Assembly (NCBI RefSeq): GCF_006345805.1
Contig: NC_042998.1
Coordinates: 22,134,001 to 22,198,000, forward strand
Length of the DNA: 64,000 nucleotides
Direction: 5' to 3'
Source: Octopus sinensis
Taxonomy: Eukaryota
Of this stretch, positions 1-11,279 are shown one piece after another. The notes below the pieces were generated by a model that searched no databases, was not told where the DNA came from, and saw nothing but the letters and a program-made list of their open reading frames with translations. The translations under genes and the position numbers were made by a program. Within the stretch, counting starts at the first letter, position 1; every line of letters begins with the position of its first letter.

Positions 1-39
1 ATTTGCAATATTAATGATTATGGTTTCTGATTTTATAAC

Positions 40-245
40 AAGGCTGGCCATTTAAGGGAAGGGGATTAATGGATGGCATCAGCCCCCATCGCTTGGCTTG
101 TACTTTATTTAATTAAGGCCCATAAGGATGAAAGGCAAAGTTGACCTTGGCAGAATTTGAACTTGGAATGCAAACAGCCGGAAAGAGAAAAAGAATGAGA
201 CATTGGCATTTTTCTGATGGTGTAACAATTTTGCTTGTTCTCTGC
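40..245 (-). mobile_element. Diverged SINE family B fragment
   Basis: Contains ggatgaaaggcaaagttgaccttggcagaatttgaac, the reverse complement of the family B core seen in more than 15 copies in the window. Confidence 0.7.
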
Positions 246-870
246 TTTGTACGATGATCATAATGATGATGGTGATGACAATGATGATGAGAAAAGTGAT
301 GATGATGCTGTTGATGATGACAACGACGATGATGGGATGGGGATGGTAGCAATGATGATGATGCTGATGATGGTGGCGGTGGTGGTGATGCTGATGATGT
401 TGATGAGTATAAGAATGATGATGATGCTGATGGTGGTGGTGGTGGTGGTGGAGATGAGAATAATGATGATGGGGCTCTAGATGGTAACGATGATGGTGGT
501 GATGATGATGATGATGGAGATAGGTGATGATCATGATGGTGATGGTGTCGGTGGTGGTGATGCTGATGATGTTGATGAGGATAAGAATGATGATGATGAT
601 GGTGGTGGAGATGAGAATAATGATGATGGGGCTGGAGATGGTAACGATGATGGTGGTGATGATGAGAATAATGATGATGGAGATAGGGATGGTAATGATA
701 ATGGTGGTAGCGGTGGTACAGATAACAATGATGATGTTGATGATGTGGATGGGAATGGTAACAACGATGATGATGATGATGGTAATGATGACGATGATGA
801 TGATGATGTTGATGAGTATAATGATAATGGAGATGATGATGCTGATGACGCTGATGATGATGATGATGAT
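240..870. repeat. Compound (GAT)n/(GGT)n microsatellite with internal duplicated blocks
   Basis: Triplet-periodic tract; the block gatgttgatgag(t/g)ataagaatgatgat...ggagatgagaataatgatgatggggct occurs twice. It explains the poly-H, poly-D and poly-M ORFs. Confidence 0.95.
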
Positions 871-1409
871 GAACCATTTCTAAAGATATGTTTGTTTGTA
901 TGTTTGTTTGTTTTCGCTTTTTAAGTTCTAACGTTTGTCTCATAAAGTTCCCACATTCCTCCTCTCTCTACTTCCAGATGTACCACCATAATAAGTTCCA
1001 CTTGTCATAATGACTCCATCTGAAGACACACAATAGCAGCCATGTTGGGGCAACAAATCCAGTTATTCAGCTAATAGCCAAGATTTAGTTTCGATCGAAA
1101 ACAACAAATTCAAGAACGTAAGCAATTAATTTTTATTTCAAATACATTGAAAGATATTCTGAAGAAATAATTCGAGGAATTTGACTTAGAATAAATGAAA
1201 TATTACTTTAATTGGTTTTTTCTTTTTCTTTTTTTTTTTTGTAGTTTCCTTTTGATCGTTTATTTTCTTTTACTTTTCGTGAAGCAAAAACATTTTAAGT
1301 TTACACAGCGCAAAGGAATGCCAAACTGTCCGGCATCTAATTGAATTATGTATCATAGAGTTGAAAAATAACTAACATTGTGTTGCAGTTCCTGAATGCA
1401 AAGGGAATT

Positions 1410-1428
1410 GTATGTTATATATATATAC

Positions 1429-1486
<58 letters not shown>

Positions 1487-1526
1487 ACACACACACACAT
1501 TATATATATACACACATACATATACA

Positions 1527-1559
<33 letters not shown>

Positions 1560-2075
1560 GATACATACATACACACTAACACACAATATACATGCACATA
1601 TGCATACACACAACATACATACTATATATTACACGAACCATATATACACACAAATATATATACACATATTATACATATATATAATATATAGATATATATA
1701 TATGATTATTTATATATATACATACATACACACTCACACACACATATATACATGCACATATGCATACACACACATACATATATTATATACACGCACATAT
1801 ATACACAAATATATATACACATACATACATATATACATATTATATATATATATATATTTATTTATATATATACATACAAAAACACATACATACACACACA
1901 TATATCCAAGGTGCATGTGTATATATGTGTATATCTATCCACCCACCCACCCATCCATCCACCTATCTATCTATCTATCTATACAAAGAGACACACACAT
2001 ATTTGTATATATAGATATGTATATATATAGGTTGTCTGTGCATGCATTTGTGTATGCACGTGCATGTGTGTGTGT
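1410..2075. repeat. Compound (TA)n/(CA)n microsatellite
   Basis: Directly visible dinucleotide tracts. Confidence 0.95.
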
Positions 2076-2202
2076 ATGCGTGCATATATCTTGAACAATA
2101 ACACCAAAGCCATTCAATGTCACATGAAGGAATTTGGTATTCAGAGACTAGAGAAACAGAGGAAGTTTCTTGATATATATATAGTATATTTTTTTTTTTT
2201 TT

Positions 2203-2422
2203 GTACTTGTTTCAGTCATTTGACTGCGGCCATGCTGGAGCACCGCCTTTTTAGGGTGGTGAAAGAGTACAGCAGGGATCACCACCATCCCCTGCCGGAG
2301 CCTCGTGGAGCTTTTAGGTGTTTTCGCTCAATAAACACACACAACGCCCGGTCTGGGAATCGAAACCGCGATCCTCCGACCGCAAGTCCGCTGCCCTAAC
2401 CACTGGGCCATTGCGCCTCCAC
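2203..2422 (-). mobile_element. tRNA-headed SINE family F, joined to the 3' end of a family A SINE
   Basis: The minus strand reads gtggaggcgcaatggcccagtggttagggcagcggac...ggtttcgattcccag (A-box and B-box). It is homologous to 15229-15518 and 52095-52856. Confidence 0.8.
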
Positions 2423-2890
2423 ATGTATGTATTCTATATTCTATATACAAATATATATGTATATGTTTCCATGAAGCATTGTGTGGTGTATATATGAATG
2501 TTATAATTTGTTTCTATAAAGCCAGAACAATGTAAGTTATAAGAAATAATAAAAGCTGATGGTTTGTACTTCTGCCCGAACAGGGTAGTGGAAGGAGGTT
2601 ATTTATTTCCCTCCTCTCTCTCTCCTTCCCTCCCTCCTTCACTCTCCCTCTCTCTCTCACCTTCTCTGTTTTCCTCTCCTATTTGTCTCTTTGTATCAGT
2701 AATTCAGCGTACAGGGGTTAGCATAGCCATGTGGTTAAGACGCCTGATTTCCAACAAATTGGCTTTGGGTTCAGTCCCATCATAGGGCACCTTGAGCAAA
2801 TGTTTTCTACCATAGCCCTGAGCTAATCAATGCCTTGTGAATGAATCTTGTGGATGGAAACTGTATGGAAACCCATATATATATATATTT

Positions 2891-3020
2891 CTCTCTGCTG
2901 AAGAGCATAGGCTCGAAACGTAAATGACTTTCTCACTTCCCAAGCGTTAAACTAATACATCTGTTTGTTGCTTACACACCCGTCTTTGTCTTTTGTTTTT
3001 TTGTAAATTCTCACTATATC
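2891..3020 (+). mobile_element. Short repeat beginning with a hammerhead-like motif (Penelope-type terminus)
   Basis: Homologous to 9790-9920. It begins ctgctgaa-gagc-atag-gctc-gaaac-gta. Confidence 0.55.
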
Positions 3021-3024
3021 TCTA

Positions 3025-3180
3025 TAAACTTTCTGAGTTCAAATTCTGCCAAGGTTGACTTTGCCTTTCATCCTTTCGCGGCCCATAAATTAAGTACCAG
3101 TTGCATACTGGAGTCGATCTAATCAACTGGTCCCCTCCCAAAAATTTCGGGCTTTGTGCCTAGAATAGAAAAAAAGTATT
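3025..3180 (+). mobile_element. SINE family B, 5'-truncated, alternative 3' tail (type ii)
   Basis: ttcaaattctgccaaggttgactttgcctttcatcc core followed by ggtcccctcccaaaaatttcgggctttgtgcctagaatag. Confidence 0.8.
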
Positions 3181-3428
3181 ACACATATACCTTGGAAATA
3201 TATATATATTATAATATATATATATATATATATATGAGTATGCATGTGTGTTTTTTTGTATGTGTATAAATAAATATATTTACTTCAAAATTGGAAAAGC
3301 TAGTAGCTATCAAGCAAAGGAAGACAACTAGCCTGGCCATAATTTTTTAAGAGGAATATTTCTTGAACTATCACTGGCGTTCTTGGGTTTTTGAAAAACA
3401 TTCTTTGCAGAGTACAGTTATCGTTTAG

Positions 3429-3481
3429 AGAAACTGAAGAAATGTCTAGTTCACGCTAGACATGAAACCAATGGTTTTTTT
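3429..3481 (+). ncRNA. Minimal type I hammerhead ribozyme motif (Penelope-type)
   Basis: Stem I AGAAA/UUUUU; core CUGAAGA 3434-3440 plus an extra A; perfect 8-bp stem II AUGUCUAG/CUAGACAU; GAAA 3464-3467; stem III ACC/GGU; GUU cleavage triplet ending at 3476. Confidence 0.7.
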
Positions 3482-3575
3482 ACTAAAACTGTTACTTTAC
3501 GCATACAAAAATAAACTGCCTTATATTTTATAGGGTATGCTCTTCTCCTGATTTATGATCTTATAACATATATAT

Positions 3576-4365
3576 CAGCCCATTTATGAATACCCCTCAG
3601 TCATTGGAAAATAAACCTTGCTTGTGAAGACCTATTGAGGCAAGTGAAATCAAAATCGCAGATGTGGTCAATGACAGTACTGCCTGATTGGCATTTGGGC
3701 CAGTGGAACTTTAAAAACACATCTGAACGTGAGGTGTAATCAGCCCACTTATGAGTACCCCTCATTGTGGACAATGAACTTTGCTTGCGAAGACCTATTG
3801 AGGCAAGTGTAAACAAATCAAAATTGCTGACGTGCCTGATGACAGTACCGCCTGATTGGCACTCGTGCCAGTGGAATGTTAAAAACACATCTGAGCATGA
3901 TTGTTGCCAGGGCCACAATGCTGGTGGCACATAAAAACACATCTGAGTGTGATTGTTGCCAGGTCCACAATGCTGGTGACATGTAAAAAGCACCATTCAA
4001 GCGTGATCGTTGCCAGCATCGCCTTACTGGCACATGTGTTGGTGGCACGTGAAAAACAACATTCGAGTGTGGTCGTTACCAGTGCCGCCAGACTGGCTCC
4101 TATGCAGGTAGCATGTAAGAAACACTTTTTGAGTGTGGTTGTTGCCAGAACTACCAGACTGGCCCTCATGCCGGTGGTACGTAGAGGCACCCACTACACT
4201 CTCGGAGTGGTTGGGGTTAGGGAGGGCACCCAGCTGTAGAAACTCTGCCAGATCAAGATTGGAGCCTGGTGCAGCCTTCTGGCTAACCAGTCCTCAGTCA
4301 AACTGTCCAGCCCATGCCAACATGGAAAGCGGACATTAAACGATGATGATGATGATGATGATGAT
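3576..4365 (+). mobile_element. Family C element (RTE-type 3' end, (GAT)n tail) with internal tandem duplications
   Basis: Ends catggaaagcggacattaaacgatgatgat. It has a 165-bp duplication (starts 3576 and 3741) and degenerate ~60-bp units upstream of the body. Confidence 0.8.
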
Positions 4366-4377
4366 GTATATATATAT

Positions 4378-4520
4378 ATCTCATCATCATCATCATCGTT
4401 TAACGTCCGCTTTCCATGCTGGCATGGGTTGGATGGTTCAATTGGGGTCTGGGAAGCCAGAAGGCTGCACCAGGCCCAGTCTGATCTGGCAGTGTTTCTA
4501 CAGCTGGATGCCCTTCCTAA
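4378..4520 (-). mobile_element. Family C fragment, tail-to-tail with the preceding copy
   Basis: catcatcgtttaacgtccgctttccatgc...ggatgcccttcctaa. Confidence 0.85.
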
Positions 4521-4554
4521 TATATATATATATATATATATATATGATGAGGTT

Positions 4555-4700
4555 TTAGTTTCACTCACAAGGCTTTGGTCAATCTGAGGCTAAGGTAGAA
4601 CAAGACACTTGCCTAAGGTGCCACATAGTGGGACTGAACCTGGAACCATGTGATTAGGAAGTGAGGTTCTTACCATGCAGTCAATCCTGTGCTTATATAT
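4555..4700 (-). mobile_element. SINE family A head module
   Basis: Reverse complement of the tRNA-like head plus the ccttgggcaagtgtctt (CORE-like) segment. Confidence 0.75.
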
Positions 4701-5687
4701 ATACATTTATAAATGTGTATGTATTTGTGTTTCTTCCCCTCCATAATGATGACCACCGCTGTCATTGGTCAACCAATTTTTTGTTTGTTTATGTCCCTAT
4801 AATTTAGTGGAACTAAAAAAAGAACTGACGGAATAAATCCCAGAGCTAAATAAATAAATAAATAAATAACTATTTTCAGTTTATTTGACTAATTATGGTA
4901 ATGTCTGGCATGGCTACAGTCCAGTGATAGAAACACATCAAAAAATAAAATTCAGAAAACAAATAGATTAAACCAGTTGTTTGAAATGAAAAAAAGAAAA
5001 AAAAAAAACCTGTATTGTATTTGTTCTGTCCGAGTTGCAGAGAAAATCCCTTGTCGGTCTTACTGACATAAATACATGAATATTCTGAACCAGTGATTGG
5101 TTCTTTAAAAACCTATCATTGACAGCATTATTCTTCGCCAAATGCAATTAAAAGATAAAACAAAACAAATAATTCTAAAACAAAGAAAATAAAAGACAAT
5201 CCGAATAAGGCTAAAACGGTAATTGATTCTATTTATATTTAACATCAATGTATTGATTAAGCTGTACAAATTCCAATGCTGTTTTGTTGCTGTTGTCAGC
5301 TGAATTAGTTTATCCGGGTCTGTTTTAATAATAATTTCATAATGAACTCCCATCATAGAGTTTTAGAATGCATTGGCAGTGATCCAGTGAAAAAGGAGAA
5401 TGAAAGAGAGAGCCTGTCTATGGACACTTAAATGGCTATATATATATTTGTGTGTGTGTGTTGTGTGTGTGTGTTGTGTATAGATATATACACACATACA
5501 TATATATGTATGTATATATATATATATATGTATATATATTCATATATATTGATATATATATACCCGTGCCAGCACGGAAAACGGACGTTAAACGATGATG
5601 ATGATGATATATATACTGATATATATAGATATGTATGTATATATATATATATGTATGCATATACACACACACACACCACACACACAC

Positions 5688-5727
<40 letters not shown>

Positions 5728-5819
5728 CAATACATTTCATCTCTGTTTGTATAAAAATATCCATATATAAGGTGAAAGTTAAGCAATGATGATGATATAT
5801 ATATATATATATCAACTTC

Positions 5820-5980
5820 TGCTGACTCTTTCGCCACAACTTTCTCTCACTCTTTCCTCCTGCATTATGCAGCTCACCTGCGACGGACCGGCGTCCCGTC
5901 CAGGTGGGGAACCTATACGCCAAGGAACTGGGAAACCAGCCCTTATGAGCCAGGCGTTGTTCGAGAAGGAACAAACAACT
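5820..5980 (+). mobile_element. SINE family F body with a different 3' tail
   Basis: ctctttcgccacaactttctctcactctttc shared with the F copies, followed by unrelated GC-rich sequence. Confidence 0.5.
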
Positions 5981-6473
5981 ATCTTCATTCCTCAATAGTT
6001 TCATGTAACTTATATGGAAATAATATTCTTCCAAAATGTAATGCCATGAGTTTGAATTTCAGTGACATCATTACCCGACTTCAATTTATGCTAAATGTCA
6101 AAATTTGAGAGAGAAACAAGAAAAAAAAAAAGGAAAAATATAAAAAATAAAAGTAGTAATATTTGCTATTAATTCATTTTTGCTTATTTAATTCATATTT
6201 ATAAATATAGGCAGATAATTTCAAGAAGTTGAGGAAAGAAACTTTATCTATTTGAAAATCAGAAAAATGTATGTATGGAAAGTAGCTATTTCAAATCTAA
6301 AAAGAGAGTGTCACAAATTTATTAATATTCCAGAATTATGAAGTCTGTATGTAGACTTTAGGTTCTTTTTTCTTTTTTATTATTATTATTTTGCATATCT
6401 TTTTAAATATAAACCGTAAAGATTATCGTATGTTACTTAGACTAAAGAGGAACAGATAAATATATGCATTCTT

Positions 6474-6521
<48 letters not shown>

Positions 6522-7556
6522 TATATGTATGCATATAAGTGTGTGTATGAGTGTGTATATATGTGTGCATTGTGTATATATATATATATATATATGTATG
6601 TATATATATTATGTGTGTGATCACTGGAAATGTGAAACTAGTTACAATGAGGGAATTACTCTGAATGTGTGAATATCTATCTATCTATCTATCTATCTAA
6701 TCTATCTAATGTATGTATCTATCTATCTGTCTGTCTCTCTATCTAATCTATCTATCTATCTTTCTATCTATATATATATATATGTGTGTGTGTGTATATA
6801 TATATATGTATATATATGTGTGTGTGTGTATATATATGTATATATATATATATTCACACCCACGCATACATACAATATGTGTGTGTGTGTATGGACATAC
6901 ACATACACAACCCACATGATGAATGAATACATTTATAATAGAATTTTTCTCATATTTCAATATATATTGTATTTATTTCTTTCGTTTAATGTAAGCCTTA
7001 ATAAATCAATATTCTAAGCATTTAAAATTCTCCAGATGGGAAAAAAAAACATATAAAAGCAAAAAAGAAAAAAACCTAAAAATTATAAATAACTAAATAA
7101 TATAAATAATTACTGCCTTAAAAATCTTGAGTTCACAGAGAATAAAATCAATTTAAACTGATAAGAACTAGTTTATTTTTAATATATTTACCTGTAGTTA
7201 CCTTTCAGCCTTCCGCTGCCAATAATATAATCAACATTTCCCTACCCACAAATCTGGGCCTTTTATCTGTTGGAAATCAATATAGAAATCTCTAACAGCA
7301 GTTTTTGTTTAGTCACAGGTAACTCTGATTGAACAGATTTATGATTGATGGTATTCTTGCCATGACCATTTAGTCATTATCCAATGGGACCTTTTTTTTT
7401 TTAAGATAGTACAATGTGATTTGAGGGTGATTTGGTTGTTGTTTTGTGTCAGAACATGTGACCAAGTAGAGGTACTGGTGATGCTGGTTTTGGTGGTGGC
7501 ATTTTGTCCATCTTTACAATCCTGTGTTCAAATTCTTATTTCTTCATTGCCCACAA

Positions 7557-7963
7557 GGCGCAGGAGTGGCTGTGTGGTAAGTAGCTTGCTAACCTACCAC
7601 ATGGTTCCGGGTTCAGTCCCACTGCTTGGCATCTTGGGCAAGTGTCTTCTGCTATAGCCCCGGGCCGACCAATGCCTTGTGAGTGGATTTGGTAGACGGA
7701 AACTGAAAGAAGCCTGTCGTATATATGTATATATATGTATGTGTGTGTATGTGTTTGTGTGTCAGTGTTTGTCCCCTAGCATTGCTTGACAACCGATGCT
7801 GGTGTGTTTACATCCCTGTCACTTAGCGGTTCGGCAAAAGAGACCGATAGAATAAGTACTGGGCTTACAAAGAATAAGTGCTGGGGTCGATTTGCTCGAC
7901 TAAAGGCGGTGCTCCAGCATGGCCGCAGTCAAATGACTGAAACAAAATAAAGAGTAAAAGAGT
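7557..7963 (+). mobile_element. Full-length SINE family A (tRNA head, CORE-like block, internal TA/TG microsatellite, 3' module)
   Basis: ggcgcaggagtggctgtgtggtaag...ggttcagtccc...cttgggcaagtgtcttc...gaaactgaaagaagcc-(TA/TG)n-...gcggtgctccagcatggccgcagtcaaatgactgaaac. It may correspond to described octopus OR-type SINEs (not verified). Confidence 0.9.
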
Positions 7964-7964
7964 A

Positions 7965-8179
7965 AGGGGCTAAACATAGAGGGGACAAACAAGGACAAAC
8001 AAAGGGATTAAGTCGATTACATCGACACCAATGCATAACTGGTACTTAATTTATCGACCCCGAATGGATGAAAGGCAAAGTCGACCTCGGCGGAATTTGA
8101 ACTCGGAATGTAACGGCAGACGAAATACCGCTAAGCATTTCGCCCGGCGTGCTAACGTTTCTGCCAGCTCGCTGCCTTT
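7965..8179 (-). mobile_element. SINE family B, tail type i
   Basis: The minus strand reads aaggcagcgagctggcagaaacgttagcacgccgggcgaaatgc...gtttagcccc. Confidence 0.9.
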
Positions 8180-8183
8180 AGCT

Positions 8184-8550
8184 CCTGTGTTCAAATTCTG
8201 CCAAGCTTGACTTTGCCTTTCAACCAATTGGGATCGATAAAATAAGTACCAGTTGCGCACTGGGTTCGATATAATCAACTTGCCCCTTCCCAGAAAAATA
8301 TTTCAGGCCTTGTGCCAATAGTAGAAAGGATTATTATTGTTGTTTAGTTTTTAAGGCAGAGAGTGGGGCAAAAGACTTAGTGGCATTTTGTCCATCTCTA
8401 TGTTCTGAGTTCAAATTCCACTGAGGTCAACTCTGCCTTTCATTCGTTCAGGGTCAATAAAAAATAGGGACCACTTGAACACTGGGGGTCGATGTAATCA
8501 ACTTGCCCTCTCCCCTGAGATTGCTGGCCTTGTGCCAAAATTTCAAACCC
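8184..8550 (+). mobile_element. Two tandem family B copies (tail type ii)
   Basis: Cores at about 8188 and 8408, each followed by the ggccttgtgcc tail. Confidence 0.8.
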
Positions 8551-8685
8551 TTGTTATTGTTGCTTAATGTTCTTTAGCCCAATGTCTCCCCTGATCAGAT
8601 AGATCTATTATCAAAGACACTCCAGCTGTGACCATCATGTTTTTTCCAATAATACATCGTCTGCTGCTTACTACATTGTCTAGTG

Positions 8686-9012
8686 CAGTGGTTCTGAACT
8701 GCGGTCCATATGGCCCCTAAGGGTCTGTATAAGGTTCTTGGGGGTCCACACAACAAAGTAGTTTACTAAGGATTCACAACAGTATTTTAAGGACCACTGA
8801 AAAAATTTTGCTTTAGATGTATGTATTGGTGTTGTGAGAAACAATTTGGTTTTAGGCGCAGGAGTGGCTGTGTGGTAAGTAGCTTGCTCACCAACAACAT
8901 GGTTCCGGGTTCAGTCCCACTGCATGGCACCTTAGGCAAGTGTCTTCTACTATAGCCTTGGTCCGACCAAAGCTTTGTGAGTGGCTTTGGTAAACGGAAA
9001 GTGAAAGAAGCC

Positions 9013-9056
<44 letters not shown>

Positions 9057-9324
9057 ATGTGTTTATTCCCCCCTCCAACATCACTTGACAACAGATGCTG
9101 GTGTGCTTACGTCCCTATAACTTAGCGGTTCGGCAAAAAGAGACCGATAGAATAAGTACTAAGCCTACAAAGAATAAGTCCTGGGGTCGATTTACTCAAC
9201 TAAAGGCAGTGTTCCAACATGGCCGCAGCAAAAGAGAGTAAAAATCGAATGGCTATGGGGGTCCACCGTACTAAGATAGTACTCAAAGGGATCCATATTT
9301 TTAAAAAATGGCTAAGAATCCCTG
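8686..9324. mobile_element. Non-autonomous hAT (Charlie-like) MITE interrupted by a SINE A
   Basis: Ends cagtggttct / agaatccctg. Flanks gtctagtg and gtctagat (6 of 8 identical) match the NTCTAGAN target typical of Charlie-type hATs. Confidence 0.7.
8855..9243 (+). mobile_element. Full-length SINE family A nested in the hAT MITE
   Basis: Colinear with 7557-7963. Confidence 0.9.
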
Positions 9325-9789
9325 GTCTAGATCATCCTTCTTATTTTAAAATGGAAGCATATAATTTTAATGAAGCTTTGGCTGCTATTACTAGCAAATC
9401 ACTTGAGTGTACTGTGGAAGCTTCTTCTCACTCATAAACCATAATGTTAGTGTATTTCTGTTGGAATACAATACCTTTGCTTCAATTAACTTAAAAAATA
9501 ATGAAAAATTTAATAAAATAGCTGTCATTATTAAGTTGTCAATTGAGACATGAAAATTTGATGGAAGGTTTTAATTCGTATCACTTTAAGACAAGTAGTA
9601 ATTTGTTTCAGAGAACTGTCACAGGAAGGTTGTTATCAAAAGGGCTAATCTCTGAAGGAACGGTACTAATGGCACCAACTGTGGCGAGTCTGTATATGTG
9701 CATGTGTTTGTGTGTGTTTATTTTTATATAATATTTATTCTCTCTCTTTTTTTCTCTCTCTCTCTCTCTCTGTTTATTTCCTGGTGTTC

Positions 9790-9920
9790 CTTTCTGTTGA
9801 AGAGCTTCGGCTTGAATTGTAAAAGAATTTCTCGTCTTCTCAAGCATTGAACTAATACACCTGTTTGTTGTTTATACACCTGTCTTCATCTTTTGTTTTT
9901 CTGTAAATTTCAATTTTATA
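9790..9920 (+). mobile_element. Second copy of the hammerhead-headed short repeat (degenerate)
   Basis: cttt-ctgttgaa-gagc-ttcg-gctt-gaat-tgta-aaag, then ...actaatacacctgtttgttgtttatacacctgtcttc as at 2950-3000. Confidence 0.55.
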
Positions 9921-9940
9921 TATGTATGTATGTATGTATA

Positions 9941-10278
9941 GGCGCAGGAGTGGCTGTGTGGTAAGTAGCTTGCTTACCAACCACATGGTTCCGGGTTCAG
10001 TCCCACTATGTGGCATCTTGGGCAAGTGTCTTCTGCTATAGCACGTGCCTGATATATATGTATATGTGTATGTGTTTGTGTGTCTGTGTTTGTCCCCTGC
10101 CCATCGCTTGACAACTGATGCTAGTGTGTTTACATCCCCGTAACTTAATGGTTCAGCAAAAGAGACTGATATAATAAGTACTAGGATTACAAAGAGTAAG
10201 TCCTGGGGTTGATTTGTTTGACTAAAGGCGGTGCTCCAGTATGGCTGCAGTCAAATGACTGAAACAAATAAAGAATAT
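9941..10278 (+). mobile_element. SINE family A with internal deletion
   Basis: Head and 3' module are present; the gccgaccaa...gaagcc segment is missing. Confidence 0.85.
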
Positions 10279-10445
10279 AAGTATAATTGTAATATCTATA
10301 TATATATATATTATATATATATATATATAATATATTATATATATATATATATATATATAATATTATATAGAGAGAGAGAGAGAGAGAGAGAGATAGATAA
10401 GCATATATTCATATATATATATATTATATATATACATCTGTTTAT

Positions 10446-10565
10446 GGCGCAGAGACCCTGGAACGGTTGATTTTGGGAACCTCACTAAGGGTCCACATCG
10501 TGGAATGAGGAGATCAAGGATAGAACTGGAGTGAGGGACATTGTTCGCAAAATACCACCATGCAA
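10446..10565 (+). pseudogene. RTE-clade LINE ORF C-terminal relic
   Basis: Translates with a frameshift to ETLERLILGTSLRVHI / WNEEIKDRTGVRDIVRKI, resembling the RTE consensus ERRMLGISLRDRIRNEEIRRRTGVxDI. Confidence 0.6.
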
Positions 10566-11058
10566 ACAGAAAGAGACCACTCAGAAGACCCCCCAATCAG
10601 GTGTTTATATATATATAATATATATAATATATAATATATATATATATATATGTATATCTATTTTGAAAATATAAACATATGAAAGAATGGAGCTGAACGA
10701 CGAATTAACAAAATTCCTTTATTTTCGACATATGTTTCTGATGCGAATTTGCTACCCAGGTATCGGTTAATTCGAATTATCCTTAATAAGATAATTCATT
10801 CAACTACTCAAATATATGTATATATATATGTATATATGTGTATCTATATTAGCAGTTCAGCAAAGGAGACCGACAGAACAAGTACCAGGGTTAAAAAATA
10901 AATTTATACTGGGGCTGATTCATTCAATTAAAGGTCTTGAAGATGGTGCCCCAGCATGGCCATAGTCTAATGCCGGAAACAGATAAAAAGAATATTTCTA
11001 TTTATCTATCTATATCTATACACACACACATCTATGTATCTATATATATACATATATA

Positions 11059-11279
11059 TATGAGGGGCTGCTGAAAATTTCCTGGCTTTAAGGGTATCGT
11101 GAAAGGGCTGGTTGGAGGCCAAACCACCCAGCTTCTTTTACAGGGCTTAGAAGAACTGAAGGATCACTGTAATAAGCGTGTGAATCTGAGAGGGGAATAT
11201 GTTGAATAAAATCATACGTAACTGATTCTTCTGTATTTTCATTTACCCAAAACCAAAAACATTTCAACACTCCCTTGTA
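11059..11279 (+). mobile_element. Mariner deletion derivative (MITE)
   Basis: TIRs tatgaggggctgctgaaaatttcctggctt / aaaaccaaaaacatttcaacactcccttgta with TA flanks. The internal frame QGLEELKDHCNKRVNLRGEYVE* matches the mariner transposase C-terminus. Confidence 0.8.

Noticed and set aside
109-943. Long His-, Asp- and Met-rich ORFs (and similar ones at 22990-23680, 27256-27783, 29769-30191, 37064-37360)
   Set aside because: They are translations of triplet microsatellites that are open in several frames on both strands, with no splice or domain evidence. The Asp-rich frames only superficially resemble mollusc shell proteins.
7190-7270. Minus-strand acceptor and donor pair (ttccaacag ... cag|gtaaat)
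   Set aside because: All frames contain stops and there is no supporting neighbouring exon.
10715-10765. Minus-strand GAAAC-AUAU-GUC resembling hammerhead stem III
   Set aside because: No CUGANGA core or stem II in register upstream.
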